Positions 10,579-21,732 of a stretch of DNA of 64,000 nt are shown piece by piece. The position numbers and the translations under genes were made by a program. Numbering within the stretch: position 1 is the first letter of the stretch; the number at the start of each line of letters is the position of its first letter. A model generated the notes under the pieces. That model saw only the letters and a list, made by a program, of their open reading frames with translations, searched no databases and was not told the origin of the DNA. Source of the DNA: Sulfolobales archaeon HS-7 (GTDB lineage Archaea > Thermoproteota > Thermoprotei_A > Sulfolobales > Sulfolobaceae); contig AP024596.1 in NCBI GenBank assembly GCA_019704295.1, positions 1,632,001-1,696,000 on the forward strand, given 5' to 3'.

Positions 10579-11868
10579 TCATATTATAATGACTCTCTTG
10601 GCCTTCCCTTCATATCGGGGTAATTCTCCAGGAGAAGCAAACTCCACTTGAGGTCTTGCAAATACTACGGACTGTATTTCCTCAATAAGTCTTTTTCTAA
10701 GTTCTTCTGAGGGAGTTTTGGTCTCAACCTTTATTAGGAAAAGACTTGCGTCTTTAGATATCGTTACTTGATATTCTATTACTTCCTTGTGAAAATGCAT
10801 TACGTGAGCTATTGCAGTAGGGTAGATTTTAACTCCACGGTAGAATACGACGTCATCGCTTCTCCCCTTAATAATGGAAATTTTCGGAAAGGGAAGCCTG
10901 TCACTGCTTTCCTCCATCCTAGTTAGATCGCGCGTTCTATATCTCAGGAGAGGCATCCCTTCTCTAGTTAGTGTGGTTAAAACAAGTTCGCCATCCTCAC
11001 CTTCTCCAACATGTTCCCCTGTCTCGGGATCAATTATCTCAACTAGAAAGTGATCTGTCCATATATGCATAAATTTGTGTTCATCCTCAGGACACTCCTG
11101 TGCAACTCCAGGACCTATGGCCTCAGTCATTCCGTAAATTTCCCTGGCTCCGCCTCCTTTCCCCTTTAAGCCGAATCCCTCTTCTATTCTATCCAGTGTA
11201 TCGGGAGACATAGCCTCAGCTCCAGGAATAGCTATCCTTAACTTAGTTTCAGTGGGGTCAAGACCCATCTCCCTCATTTTCTCAAGTATTACAAGTTCGT
11301 ATGATGGTGTCCCGGTTATAACTGTTGCTTGAAAGTCAATTACAGTATTTATTAAGGCCTCGGTTCGCCCAGTGCCCCAGGGGATGACCTTAGCACCTAG
11401 CTCTTGTGCTCCTATATGTAATCCTAAACCGCCAGTGAAAAGACCGTAGCCGTAAATGTTAGCTATTATATCGTCCTTCTTGACACCGGCAACGAGAAGA
11501 CACCTAGCTACTAGTTCTCGCCACAACTTCATATCAGCGGCAGTATAAGCCCCGATAGTGGGTTTACCCGTGGTACCGCTCGTCATATGCCATCCAACGA
11601 TCGTGGACAGCGGAACTGTTAGAAAATCCCCGCCATAAGGGTAACCACTCTTGCGTAGATCTTCCTTAGTAGTAAAGGGGATTTTGGTTATGTCCTTTGC
11701 CACGTCCTCAGGGGTTAGATTTCTATCCCTCATTAATCTATGGTAAAACGGTGAGTCTGCGTAAACCCTTTTTAATAATGCCCGCAATCTGAATTCTTGA
11801 ATGCTTGCTATCTGTTCCTTGTCTAGCGACATAGGTCTGATGTTGTCGTAATCAATCAACCACATCAC
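10579..11868 (-). CDS. paaK: Phenylacetate-CoA ligase family acyl-CoA ligase
   Basis: TSGTTGKP, YGLFTGGLG, YGMTE, RYRTRD and GRSDD motifs; start overlaps the upstream stop codon. Confidence 0.85.
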   Translation of the reverse strand: MMWLIDYDNIRPMSLDKEQIASIQEFRLRALLKRVYADSPFYHRLMRDRNLTPEDVAKDITKIPFTTKEDLRKSGYPYGGDFLTVPLSTIVGWHMTSGTTGKPTIGAYTAADMKLWRELVARCLLVAGVKKDDIIANIYGYGLFTGGLGLHIGAQELGAKVIPWGTGRTEALINTVIDFQATVITGTPSYELVILEKMREMGLDPTETKLRIAIPGAEAMSPDTLDRIEEGFGLKGKGGGAREIYGMTEAIGPGVAQECPEDEHKFMHIWTDHFLVEIIDPETGEHVGEGEDGELVLTTLTREGMPLLRYRTRDLTRMEESSDRLPFPKISIIKGRSDDVVFYRGVKIYPTAIAHVMHFHKEVIEYQVTISKDASLFLIKVETKTPSEELRKRLIEEIQSVVFARPQVEFASPGELPRYEGKAKRVIII

Positions 11869-12229
11869 CTATTACCCTTGTCCCGTCCGTCCTTAACATT
11901 ACTCTCGATCCTACCCTTGGTTTACCAACTAGCCAGCACATTAAATTCAGGTTACCCACATTCACTATCCCTACGATATAGCTAAAATCCTCGAATCCCT
12001 GAGGTTTCGAAAACACCTCAGAGAAGGTCTGCACAATTCCTTCCCTTTTGACCTCGAACCACTCCATGTCGCTCGAACCACAAGTACAATTTACTCTAGG
12101 TGGAAAGTATTCATTTCCGCATCTCTTACACCGCGTCGCCACTATCTCGCCTTTCTTTAAACCTTCCCAGAATCTCTCATATCCCTCTATAGGGATCTGG
12201 TATTTCATGTAAAGAGGTAATCCCTCCAT
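11852..12229 (-). CDS. DUF35 Zn-ribbon/OB-fold thiolase partner protein
   Basis: FWEGL..G.....CxxCG...FPPR..C motif; start moved to the ATG at 12229, just after the thiolase stop. Confidence 0.9.
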   Translation of the reverse strand: MEGLPLYMKYQIPIEGYERFWEGLKKGEIVATRCKRCGNEYFPPRVNCTCGSSDMEWFEVKREGIVQTFSEVFSKPQGFEDFSYIVGIVNVGNLNLMCWLVGKPRVGSRVMLRTDGTRVIGDVVD

Positions 12230-12233
12230 ACTA

Positions 12234-13394
12234 TCACCGAGAGTATACGAATACATATGCGTAATGTCCTGTTCCACCAACGTTATGAGACAGTGCGATA
12301 TACTTCTTAAACTGATGCTGAACAGATCCTGCCTCATCTCTCATCTGTTTTGTAATCTCATAAATCATTGAAAGTCCCGTAGCACCTAATGGATGTCCTT
12401 TTGCTTTAAGCCCTCCAAAGAGGTTAGTTCCCACTTTACCTCCCTTTTCCGTTTGTCCTTCCCTTAATAGTGATACCCCCTTACCTCTTTCAGCGAATCC
12501 GAGGTCCTCATACGCAATTATTTCCGCTATTGAAAAGCAGTCATGAACTGTTGCGTACTCAACGTCAGCAGGCACGATACCCGCCATGCTGTACGCGTTA
12601 TTAGCCGCTTCCCTCGCAGATCTTAGGGACGTCCACTCCCCTCTACTCGCTAAGGATGACGTATCGCTGGAGTAGCCTACGCCCTTAATCCAGACAGGGG
12701 CATCAGTTATCTTTTTAGCAACCTCTTCGGACGCAAATATTACCGCTGCAGCGCCGTCACTTATGGGAGAACAGTCAAGCAACTTAAGGGGAGAGGATAT
12801 CACTCTAGACTTAAGTACGTCGTCTACCGAAATCGATTTCCTGAGATGAGCCTTTTCGTTGCTTAACGCGTATTTGTGGGCTTTAACCGAAGCGAGAGCC
12901 ATGTCCTCTTCCGTTGTACCGTATAGGGCCATATGTCTCCTCGCATATAGCGCGTAATATGTAGGGAATGTTGTACCGTATAGGTGGAACTCGTATTGGT
13001 AGTTTCCACCTCTACCGCCAATAGCAAGGGAAGTAGCGGTACCTACCTCAGTCATCTTGTCCACTCCTATCGCTAACACAATCTTTGCCAAGCCTGACCT
13101 TATTGCCATATACGCATTTAGGGCAGCAGCCGAACCCGTTGCACAAGCAGCTTCAACCCTAATCGGAGCCTTGCCAACTAGTCCGTTGTACTCCGCAACT
13201 ACTGGTGCTGGGTAAATCTCGACTCCCCTATATGCAGTGCTTCCGATTATTGTCAAATCGATATCTTGAAGAGTTAATCCTGCGTCGTTTAAAGACTCTT
13301 GAACCGCTTCCCAGCTTAATTCCCTGATCGAAACGTCGTCCCTTTTTCCGAACTTGCTGTTTCCTACACCTATAACGGCTACTTTAGAACTCAT
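12234..13394 (-). CDS. Thiolase (SCP2-type acetyl-CoA acyltransferase)
   Basis: EAACATG, DCSPISDGAAA, HDCF and GHPLGATG motifs. Confidence 0.95.
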   Translation of the reverse strand: MSSKVAVIGVGNSKFGKRDDVSIRELSWEAVQESLNDAGLTLQDIDLTIIGSTAYRGVEIYPAPVVAEYNGLVGKAPIRVEAACATGSAAALNAYMAIRSGLAKIVLAIGVDKMTEVGTATSLAIGGRGGNYQYEFHLYGTTFPTYYALYARRHMALYGTTEEDMALASVKAHKYALSNEKAHLRKSISVDDVLKSRVISSPLKLLDCSPISDGAAAVIFASEEVAKKITDAPVWIKGVGYSSDTSSLASRGEWTSLRSAREAANNAYSMAGIVPADVEYATVHDCFSIAEIIAYEDLGFAERGKGVSLLREGQTEKGGKVGTNLFGGLKAKGHPLGATGLSMIYEITKQMRDEAGSVQHQFKKYIALSHNVGGTGHYAYVFVYSR

Positions 13395-13951
13395 AAAGTT
13401 TTTTAGAACTTCTTATTTTATAATTATCTTAGGAAAACATATCAATCAAACTGTACGTGCGAACCATTTCGAATTGTGCCTAGGAGGCTTCCAAGATGGT
13501 CGTAACCCCTCTACTACCTTCATAGTTTCTTGATTCTATTCACAGTATTCCAGTGAACTAACGATATTTACGTATATTGGTGTCCCTGTCATCTAAATAT
13601 CCTCTTCTCGAAGGGATCTCGTAAATGAGGTTCCATGAACCGTTGTGTAGTGCTCAATACGAAAAGTTTACAAAGAGGTTCTATTGGTTTAAGTTGCCCT
13701 ACTCAGTGGGTACGAGTTGGTCCCTTCAGTAAAAGTCTTCGATTTTTTATAAAGAACTTTTGGATCATCCCATGGTCTTCCCCTGACCTAATAAGGATGT
13801 AGGATTTCAAAATCTACCTTTCATTAACTACTTTAAAACTATTTTAGCAAGCGTACAACTTGCGAAAGAGATACGGAAATGTTCTCTCTCGGTGATCATA
13901 GCTTATAAAAATCTTGAGGGGAGGGTACTGCCTCATAGAAGCGTTATCCGA

Positions 13952-14884
13952 TTACGCGGTTACTAGAAGTCCTCTTCTCTCTAACTCCCTTAGGAACAGG
14001 GCGTTTTGCCTTAACTCTTCCTCCCTAAACTTCATTTCCCCAACTAAGTTTCTCATCTTATCGCATGAGAAAATTACTCCTGAGTATCTAAGTAATTGCC
14101 TTACCTCACCGGGTAAAAACGGATTTACGATCCATTTTGGCAGACTCACTTTACTCCACTTAGCTCGAAATACACTTACGAAAGGCGTCAGTAGATCCGT
14201 TATAGTCTTAGGTTCGCATTCCGTAGCGTATAGGTAACTCCTCTTAGGCTTCATCTCAGCCAAGGACTCAATTGCTTTAGATATATATGATACGGAGACA
14301 GGCATGTAACTTATTTTGATATCAGGAACAACGCCAAACTTGGAAATTAGTTTAGACATTGAGTACATCTTTACGAACTGGACGTGGGCAGAATTCGGAC
14401 CGTAAACTAGTGTGGGTCTTAGAATGATGGAATTTTCATTCTCCTTGAGTACCTCCCTCTCACCCTCTAATTTTGATATTTCAAATGGAGAAGTTGGATT
14501 AAGTCCATGACCGTGGGGACTTTCCTCTGAAACTACGCTTCCTTGTTGACCCAACGTAGCTCCGCTGAGATGTATGAAGGTTTTCCCTGAACTTAATTTT
14601 GCCAATAGTCCAGGTATTTCAACATTAGCAAATCTGAGGGTATTTTCATCACCCATAATCTCGCCTATAAAGTTAACTACTACATCAGATTCCTCTATCA
14701 ACTTCCTCATGTCCTCACTCCTCGGCTCTGCTTTGACCACTTCCACCTTATCCTTTAAATCCTCAGCGTAGATTGACGTTACTTGGTTTAATTTCCTGTA
14801 AGTTACTGTTACGTTATGATGTGCGGAGAGGTAAAGCGCAACATTGTTAGATATAAATCCTAGACCGGTAAGTAGAAAATTCAT
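13952..14884 (-). CDS. NAD-dependent epimerase/dehydratase (extended SDR, atypical)
   Basis: LLTGLGFI Rossmann start, FExSK in place of YxxxK, and LRPTLVYGP. Confidence 0.8.
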   Translation of the reverse strand: MNFLLTGLGFISNNVALYLSAHHNVTVTYRKLNQVTSIYAEDLKDKVEVVKAEPRSEDMRKLIEESDVVVNFIGEIMGDENTLRFANVEIPGLLAKLSSGKTFIHLSGATLGQQGSVVSEESPHGHGLNPTSPFEISKLEGEREVLKENENSIILRPTLVYGPNSAHVQFVKMYSMSKLISKFGVVPDIKISYMPVSVSYISKAIESLAEMKPKRSYLYATECEPKTITDLLTPFVSVFRAKWSKVSLPKWIVNPFLPGEVRQLLRYSGVIFSCDKMRNLVGEMKFREEELRQNALFLRELERRGLLVTA

Positions 14885-15309
14885 ACGCTATATTTCCCTA
14901 TAGTTTTTAAAAAGTGTTTTAAATTAATTCTTTACGAACGTCGCTGTGAACTCTAGGGAAGGAAGAATCACCCCATAGCAATTCTTTCCATTTTCTTACT
15001 TAGGAACTTAGCATTAGATGATTGTAAACGTGTAAATATGGCTATCTCGATATGCTTCGCCACCATCAAATCCCTCGCCGGATGTTACAAGGTTGTGATA
15101 GTCAAAATTAAGGTAGTTTCAATTCATTTTCACCTACATATTCCTCAAGTCATTACGTCATTAGGATAGGTTCATGCCTCCAGTGTGGGGTAATCCATTA
15201 AGATAGAAACACGGGCTTTAAGCAGTGAGCGGATTGAAGGGTTGCCCTCCTGAGGTGAAGGGAACGTACCGACAAAGGAGATAAATATTTCCTGCAAGAA
15301 TTGATCGTT

Positions 15310-16455
15310 ATGGATTTCAGTTTTTCTGAGGACGAAAACCTACTCAGAAGTTCAGTAAGGAATTTCTTGACAAGGGAATTAGAACCTATAGCAAGGAGAA
15401 TAGATGAGGAGGAAAGAATACCTCGAGAGTTTGTATTAAAGGCTGGAGAGCAGAAGCTCTGGGCACCAACTGTCCCAGAGGAGTACGGAGGAATTAACGC
15501 CGACTCCCTAAAAGCATGTATAATAGCCGAGGAATTTGCTAGAGCGGACATAAGCATGGCCACCGCTGTTATGTTTCTCCTTGAGGCTAGCTGGGGATAC
15601 GTTTTATCCAAGTACGGTTCTAAGGAATTGAGTAAGAAAGTACTTACCAAGGTGACTTCAGGAGAGTGGTTCTTAGGAATAGCGTCAACCGAACCTCAAG
15701 GTGGAAGCGATGTGGCTAACATAAGGACAAAAGCTGAGAGAATTAGAGGAGGTTGGCATATAAAGGGAGAGAAGATTTACATAAGCGGAGCCGTAGAGGC
15801 AAGGGAATGGGGCGGTGGGCATCTCTTACTAGCCAAAACTGATCCAGAAAAGGGACATAGAGGAATTACAATGTTTTTTGTCCCGGTTACTGAAGAAACG
15901 TCAATAACTAAGCTCAGGAATATGGGAAGAATGGGCATTTCAACCTCAATTGTCAGGTACGACGTGGATGTGGAAGAGGAAAACGTTGTGGGAGAAACGA
16001 ATAAGGGATTTTACTATGCAATGGATGGTTTCAATCATGCGCGTCCATTAGTTGCCGCTGCATCCCTTGGCAGTGCAGAGAAGGTCTTGGAAATTGGCGT
16101 AAATTACGTAAAGGGTAGAGAGGCTTTTGGGAAAAAGCTTTACGAACATCAGGGAATAGCGTTTGAGGCCTCTGAGTTGAAGACTAAACTCGAAATGGCC
16201 AAGCTTTTAACTTACAAAGCTGCTTGGGGTGTAGACACCGAAGAGGGTCCCACACTTGCAGCTATGGCTAAGCTAATAGCGCCTCAGACCAGCATGGAGA
16301 TAGTTAAATCCGTTATGATGTGGATGGGAGGATATAGTTACTCTAAGGATGCCGATGTTGAGAGGGCAATGCGAGGAATCTTCAGCTATCTGGTAGGTGC
16401 TGAGGGAGCTCTCAACGTAATGAAGATGATAATTTCAAAGCGAATCTTTTCGTAA
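15310..16455 (+). CDS. Acyl-CoA dehydrogenase
   Basis: MDFSFSE start, TEPQGGSDV, GEKIYIS, GGYSYS and GAEGA motifs. Confidence 0.95.
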   Translation: MDFSFSEDENLLRSSVRNFLTRELEPIARRIDEEERIPREFVLKAGEQKLWAPTVPEEYGGINADSLKACIIAEEFARADISMATAVMFLLEASWGYVLSKYGSKELSKKVLTKVTSGEWFLGIASTEPQGGSDVANIRTKAERIRGGWHIKGEKIYISGAVEAREWGGGHLLLAKTDPEKGHRGITMFFVPVTEETSITKLRNMGRMGISTSIVRYDVDVEEENVVGETNKGFYYAMDGFNHARPLVAAASLGSAEKVLEIGVNYVKGREAFGKKLYEHQGIAFEASELKTKLEMAKLLTYKAAWGVDTEEGPTLAAMAKLIAPQTSMEIVKSVMMWMGGYSYSKDADVERAMRGIFSYLVGAEGALNVMKMIISKRIFS

Positions 16456-16712
16456 CTTCTTTTCGCGATAACCTTCCCTACCACTGTTTATTGTCCAACC
16501 TAAACTTCATTATTGAGTTAAAGTAGAGCACTGCTCTTCTGAATTACAGACACTAGGTTTAGTGAAGTAATCAAGAACTTTTAATTTTAACAGATTCCTT
16601 CAAATACTATTCAACAACAGTAGAAAAAATTCAAGAAAACCTTTCATAGAAGGTTCCTCTAGGCAAATTACAGAAGTCGTACAATAGATCTTTCTTTACC
16701 CCTCCATCAAAA

Positions 16713-17291
16713 TCAAATTGCGCTCCTTATACCCAATAGGTGTAAATTCAGGAAGGTTAGCACAACTCCGATGATGCCCCCTATTAGCACTTGATCTATT
16801 GAGTGGTTTTTTTCCCTGATTCTCGCATATCCTACGACTGGAGGGATTACGAAAAAGGGAACGAAGAACCAGCCCAACACGTAAAATAGACCAGCTGCCA
16901 TTCCACCCGCTACTGCAGTGTGGATGCTTATTTTATATCTAAGGGTAATTGCCAGAATTATTGTGGTATTAATCGTGTAGGTTGCCTCTAAGGCCGAGAT
17001 TAATACATTCTTTAAGAGAAAAACCGTTAAAACAATAGCAATACCATATCCTAAAATTGAGGGTAAGATAACGAATACTCTCTGTTCCCTTTTCTTGATC
17101 ATTACGTCAGAGACAATTCCTTTTTTCATCATATACAGGGTTATGACAAATGGTAATACGGAGAAGAAAAATGTCGTTACCGCAAATGTTAAGAAACCCA
17201 TCCTTAGCCAAAACTCTATTATAGTAAAGGCGATTAGAGTGGGGACAGATGGATGAAATAAACTCGAAATAGCCCTCCAAACATTTACCAT
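16713..17291 (-). CDS. PAP2-like membrane phosphoesterase
   Basis: KISIHT and ARI...NHSIDQVLIG PAP2-type C-terminal motifs; multi-TM. Confidence 0.7.
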   Translation of the reverse strand: MVNVWRAISSLFHPSVPTLIAFTIIEFWLRMGFLTFAVTTFFFSVLPFVITLYMMKKGIVSDVMIKKREQRVFVILPSILGYGIAIVLTVFLLKNVLISALEATYTINTTIILAITLRYKISIHTAVAGGMAAGLFYVLGWFFVPFFVIPPVVGYARIREKNHSIDQVLIGGIIGVVLTFLNLHLLGIRSAI

Positions 17292-17908
17292 GTCATACGC
17301 GTTACTAAAACTCCTTTTTAAATATTAGGGGTATACGTCACTAAAAGTCTATGTTCTATGTAAAATAAATGTTAATTTAAAAATTAAATTTAGTATTTAG
17401 GAATAACACGCGTGCGTCATAGACCTTAATTAGGATGACAAACAATCGCGAATGTAAGAGATTGAGCACTTTACTAACCTCATAGACTTACAGTATCAAC
17501 AGGTTCGGAAGTCTCAGTAAAGGATAAACCCGTGTCAGAAAAGGTCGCTAAGGCTGATACTTCCACGGGGTAAACACGTAGCGCAGGGACTACAATAGCG
17601 ATCCATACTATGTTAATATAGTTAGCATTCTCCACTCACTGTTCCCATAGCCATGTTACAGGCAAAGCACTCAATGCCTGGAAAATTACGAAATTATTAT
17701 TACATTTGATAAATCGATTTCATGTTGTACATTACACAAGGAATTTAATTTTAGTATATCTTTTTTACAATTTTTTACTTTACCCGGTTATTCACCTTAT
17801 TTACACATTAGCCATTATCACTGGTCTTCCGCTACATCAAGATGAAACTGTCATTAAGTATGATGTCTTTTAAGCTAATTTTAATTTGATTCACGTAGAG
17901 TAAATGAC

Positions 17909-18631
17909 ATGACTCTGAACATACTGGTTGCATTCAAGATAGTGCCTGACGAAACGCTGATAAAGATCTCGGGCGATAAGGTAGACCTCAACGTGCCGGT
18001 TAAGATAAGTACATATGACAAGAATGCCATCGAAGAGGGGCTTGAATTAAGGGAAAAATATGGTGGAAAGGTTATAGGAATTTCAGTAGGGGTTAACGAT
18101 AGGAAGACTATAAGGGAAGCATTAGCGATGGGATTGGATGAGGTCATATCAATAACTCCTAAAACTTACGCTGACGCTCTAGCGACAGCGAAATTGATCT
18201 CTGAGGAAGCTAAAGGGTACGATTTGCTAATTTTCGGAGAGTCAAGTACTGATGGTGGCGATTCCGCGGTAGGGCCAATGGTGGGAGAGATCCTCGGCTA
18301 TCCAGTAATTACATATGTTAGGAGAGTGGAAATACAAGATGGTTTCCTCGTTGCGGAAAGAAACCTAACTCCAGAAGTAGAGGAAGTGAAGGCTAAGCTT
18401 CCCTGCGTTATCTCAGTAACAGGAGAGGCTAACACTCCGAGGATTCCGACGCTAAAGCAGATAATGGAGTCTGGAAAAAAGAAGGTGGTAGCTAAGGAGG
18501 TCGAAATTGCCTCGAGCTCCCGTCTTGTAAACCTTACTCCGTATTTTGTGCCTAGGAAGAAAGTGATAATAGAGGGTAAATTAGAGGAACAGGTACAAAA
18601 AGTAGTTGAGATACTAAGGGGGAACTTATGA
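17909..18631 (+). CDS. fixA: Electron transfer flavoprotein beta subunit (FixA)
   Basis: KIVPD, DKNAIEE, ALAMGLD, SSTDG and NTPRIP motifs. Confidence 0.92.
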   Translation: MTLNILVAFKIVPDETLIKISGDKVDLNVPVKISTYDKNAIEEGLELREKYGGKVIGISVGVNDRKTIREALAMGLDEVISITPKTYADALATAKLISEEAKGYDLLIFGESSTDGGDSAVGPMVGEILGYPVITYVRRVEIQDGFLVAERNLTPEVEEVKAKLPCVISVTGEANTPRIPTLKQIMESGKKKVVAKEVEIASSSRLVNLTPYFVPRKKVIIEGKLEEQVQKVVEILRGNL

Positions 18632-19473
18632 TAGTAGTTTACTCAACTGATCAGGAGAAATTTAAGAAACTTTCAGGATTTGCGCAGACGTTATCAGACG
18701 AAGTAATAGGAGTCGCTCCGTTTCGCGATAATCACGTCAAGAAGCTTATAGTAGCCAAAACGGAGGATTTAGCTGTTGAAACGATATCTGAACAGAGGCC
18801 CTCCCTAGTTCTGTTATCTGAGGGAAAAAGGGAGGTAACTGTAGGCGCTAGGGTTGCTGCCAGGCTTAACGCTCCGTTCTCATCCTCGTGTAATTCCCTA
18901 AAAGTAGAAGGAGGTAAGGTCGTAGTGGAGAGATTGGGATTTGGAGGAGTGGTAAAAGCTACGGTAGAGTTAAGTACTCCTGCGGTTGTTGTAATACAGC
19001 CTCCGGACTCGGAATCAAGGGAGTTCGAAACTGAAATTCACGAATACGAGGGAAAGGGAAAAATGGAGATTCTAAATACCAAGAGGCAAACGTCTACGGT
19101 TAACCTCCAATCGGCGAAGGTCATTGTGTCGGTAGGAAGAGGTATAGGGGGTAAAGAAAACGTTAAGTACGCTGAGGAATTGGCTCAGGTGTTAAACGCT
19201 GCATTGGCAGGGAGTAGACCAGTGACAGCTGAGTTAAAGTGGCTTCCCGAGGACAGACAAGTGGGTCTGTCCGGAACAAAGGTAAGACCCAAGGTTTACA
19301 TAGCTGTAGGAATATCTGGTCAACCTCAACATTTAGCAGGGATGAAGGATTCCGGATTAGTTATAGCGGTAAATAAGGATAAGAATGCACCGATAGTTGA
19401 GAACGCGGACTATACGGTAATTGCAGATGCTATTGAGTTTTGTAAAGCCATTACAGAGGCGCTAAAGAAGTGA
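18628..19473 (+). CDS. fixB: Electron transfer flavoprotein alpha subunit (FixB)
   Basis: VSVGRG, SRPV, QVGLSG, GISGQPQHLAGM and NKDKNAPI motifs. Confidence 0.95.
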   Translation: MIVVYSTDQEKFKKLSGFAQTLSDEVIGVAPFRDNHVKKLIVAKTEDLAVETISEQRPSLVLLSEGKREVTVGARVAARLNAPFSSSCNSLKVEGGKVVVERLGFGGVVKATVELSTPAVVVIQPPDSESREFETEIHEYEGKGKMEILNTKRQTSTVNLQSAKVIVSVGRGIGGKENVKYAEELAQVLNAALAGSRPVTAELKWLPEDRQVGLSGTKVRPKVYIAVGISGQPQHLAGMKDSGLVIAVNKDKNAPIVENADYTVIADAIEFCKAITEALKK

Positions 19474-20678
19474 ATTATGACGCAGACGTAGCTATTGTAG
19501 GAGCGGGATTAGGGGGAATATCCGCATCAATATCCGCCGTAAAGGAAGGTCTTAACCCAATTGTAATAGAGAGGGGGGAATACTCTGGCGCTAAGAACGT
19601 ATCAGGAGGAAGGATGTACATACATGCATTGAAGAGTTTAATTCCCGACGTAGAAGAGAGGGCTCCTCTCGAGAGGCCTATAACTAGGGAAACCTACAAG
19701 GTATTCTGCAATAAGGGAAGGGAGTTATCCTTTACCTTTAAGGAAAAAAGTAAGACGAGTTTCTCAGTTCTCAGGGCGAAGTTCGACAGGTGGTATGCAT
19801 CAGCAGCCGAGGAGATAGGAGTGACAATATCATATGGTACTTACTTAATGGGATTACAGGAGGAAGAAGACGGAATTACCCTAAATACCTCTCTCGGAGA
19901 CATAAGGGTTAAGTACGTTATTGACGCAGGAGGTGTGACTGCCCCTGTCGCGAGGTTGTTGGGAAGAAACCTGAAGCCTGAGCACTTGATGCTGGGCGTT
20001 AAAGAGGTGATTTCATATGTTCAGGACTTGCCAGAGGACGAGGGAGAAGCAACGACAGTTATAGGTCTCACTAGAGGATTGAAGGGAGGTGGTTTCGTCT
20101 ATACAAATAAGGACACTACATCGATAGGTGTTACATTGAAGGTTGATTCCCTTCAAAGTGGTTCGATCAAAGCTAGCGAGGTGGTAGAGAATTACAGGGC
20201 GGGATTGGGATTAAGAGGGGACGTGCTAGAGTACTCCGCACATCTCATACCCTATTACGGATGGGGGAACCTTCCGCCACTGTACTATAACAGAGTCCTG
20301 GCTGTAGGCGATGCAGCGGGTTTACTCATTTCTGACGGATTCGTGATTAGAGGAATGGACCTTGCAATAGGTTCTGGCGTAATTGCAGGAATTGCCGTTA
20401 AGAAAGTAATAGATGGAAGTCCGCTGTCGATTTATGAGGAGATGCTAAAGAGAAGTTTCGTCCTAAGCGATATGAGAAAGGCGTGGAAGGCTTTTCAAGC
20501 GCTTTCAAACCCCAATTTCTACGGGGAATATGAGGATGCGTTATGTGAGGCACTATCTAGAGAATTCTTGGTTAACGGGAAACAAAGACCTACCCTGATA
20601 GAGGCCCTCCTAAAATCATTTTACGATAACGGATTGAATTTCTCGGAAGCGGTGAAAGAAATATGGAAAATAGTGTAA
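19470..20678 (+). CDS. fixC: FixC-like FAD-dependent ETF:quinone oxidoreductase
   Basis: GAGLGG, ERGEYSGAKNVSGG, LRAKFDRW, EYSAHLIP, GDAAG and RGMDLAI motifs. Confidence 0.92.
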   Translation: MNYDADVAIVGAGLGGISASISAVKEGLNPIVIERGEYSGAKNVSGGRMYIHALKSLIPDVEERAPLERPITRETYKVFCNKGRELSFTFKEKSKTSFSVLRAKFDRWYASAAEEIGVTISYGTYLMGLQEEEDGITLNTSLGDIRVKYVIDAGGVTAPVARLLGRNLKPEHLMLGVKEVISYVQDLPEDEGEATTVIGLTRGLKGGGFVYTNKDTTSIGVTLKVDSLQSGSIKASEVVENYRAGLGLRGDVLEYSAHLIPYYGWGNLPPLYYNRVLAVGDAAGLLISDGFVIRGMDLAIGSGVIAGIAVKKVIDGSPLSIYEEMLKRSFVLSDMRKAWKAFQALSNPNFYGEYEDALCEALSREFLVNGKQRPTLIEALLKSFYDNGLNFSEAVKEIWKIV

Positions 20679-20944
20679 TACCCCTTTTGAAAAGACTTTC
20701 GCTGAATAAGTACGAGGTATCCCAGGAATCTCATATCTCAATAAACACAAATATCTGTAAAACATGCGTAGAAAAGCCGTGTATTAGGGTTTGTCCTGCA
20801 GGGACATATGAGGCTATGCCAGACGGAACGGTAACAGCCCACTATGAACGTTGTCTGGAATGTGGTGCCGCATTAGTGGCATGTCCCTTTGGGGCGATAT
20901 CGTTTAAATGGCCTGATAAAGGCATAACTTATAGGTATGGATAA
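20663..20944 (+). CDS. fixX: FixX ferredoxin-like protein
   Basis: CxxCxxxxCxxxCPA and CLECGA...CP motifs; ends YRYG. Confidence 0.92.
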   Translation: MENSVIPLLKRLSLNKYEVSQESHISINTNICKTCVEKPCIRVCPAGTYEAMPDGTVTAHYERCLECGAALVACPFGAISFKWPDKGITYRYG

Positions 20945-21188
20945 CAACGAACGTTGGTTTCAAAGTTTAGGCGACTCTGATGCATTCCTGCAAAGTGATT
21001 GACAAACTGTCAATTCCAAAGATGATGTCTTAAGATATTTTAGCGTCATTTATAAAAGATCGCAGCTTCGTTGCAAGAAAACATCAACTATCACAGCCTT
21101 ATCGTTACCTAAGCTTTTCCCTAGAAGGAGGAGAGCCTCCCTTTAATTCTTAAGAGTTTTTCAACGCGTTTTTCAACCCAGAAGTCTA

Positions 21189-21627
21189 GTGAACTACCAC
21201 GTCCTTACGGACAGGGCATCCCCACCTCTCGATCTCCTGCTTCTTCCAGGGAACTTACTGTACACTCCCTTAGAGAAGGGGATGTACAGCAGAGGTCTCC
21301 TGTCCACAGGCTCTAAGGGCAGTCCCGACCCCGTGTGAAGGATGTTTAGAGAAGCGTTGTAATCGCGATCTACGACCCAACCACAGGGACAGGAAAAGGT
21401 ACGGTTTTGTAAAGACAAATCCTTCTTTACATGCCCACATTTAGCACACCTCCTTTAGGTGTACGCTGGGTTTACTTTGAATACTCTCCTACCAGCTCTT
21501 TCAGCCTTCCTAGGTAGTTCATGAACTCAGAAAAACTGGAATGGAGTATATGCTTCCTCAGAGTTTTACTTTCACCCCCTTCTACTCTCTCCTTCACGTC
21601 TAGATCTTCCACGCAAATCTCATCATA
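21189..21627 (-). mobile_element. tnpB: Truncated IS200/IS605 copy: decayed tnpB 3' part with right end and omega-RNA region
   Basis: Aligns to 27164-27615; 21235-21333 is identical to 27216-27314; ends in GTTCAC like the full copy; coding part has indels. Confidence 0.9.
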
Positions 21628-21732
21628 GAATCCTTATTACGACACCCTGGGGATTAGATGAAATACAGTTAAACGCTTCCGATATCAATTCATTAGCAAG
21701 GGACTTGTCCACTATCAGTCGATAGTGTAATA

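Noticed and set aside
13480-13830. Coding-like composition in an intergenic gap (similar at 17480-17620, 22950-23120 and 54500-54720)
   Set aside because: Possibly eroded genes, but no frame yields an identifiable motif
15170-15275. CLQCGVIH*DR-like frame plus GC-rich tail, a possible tnpB relic
   Set aside because: Only a single CxxCG-like match; cannot be supported without alignment
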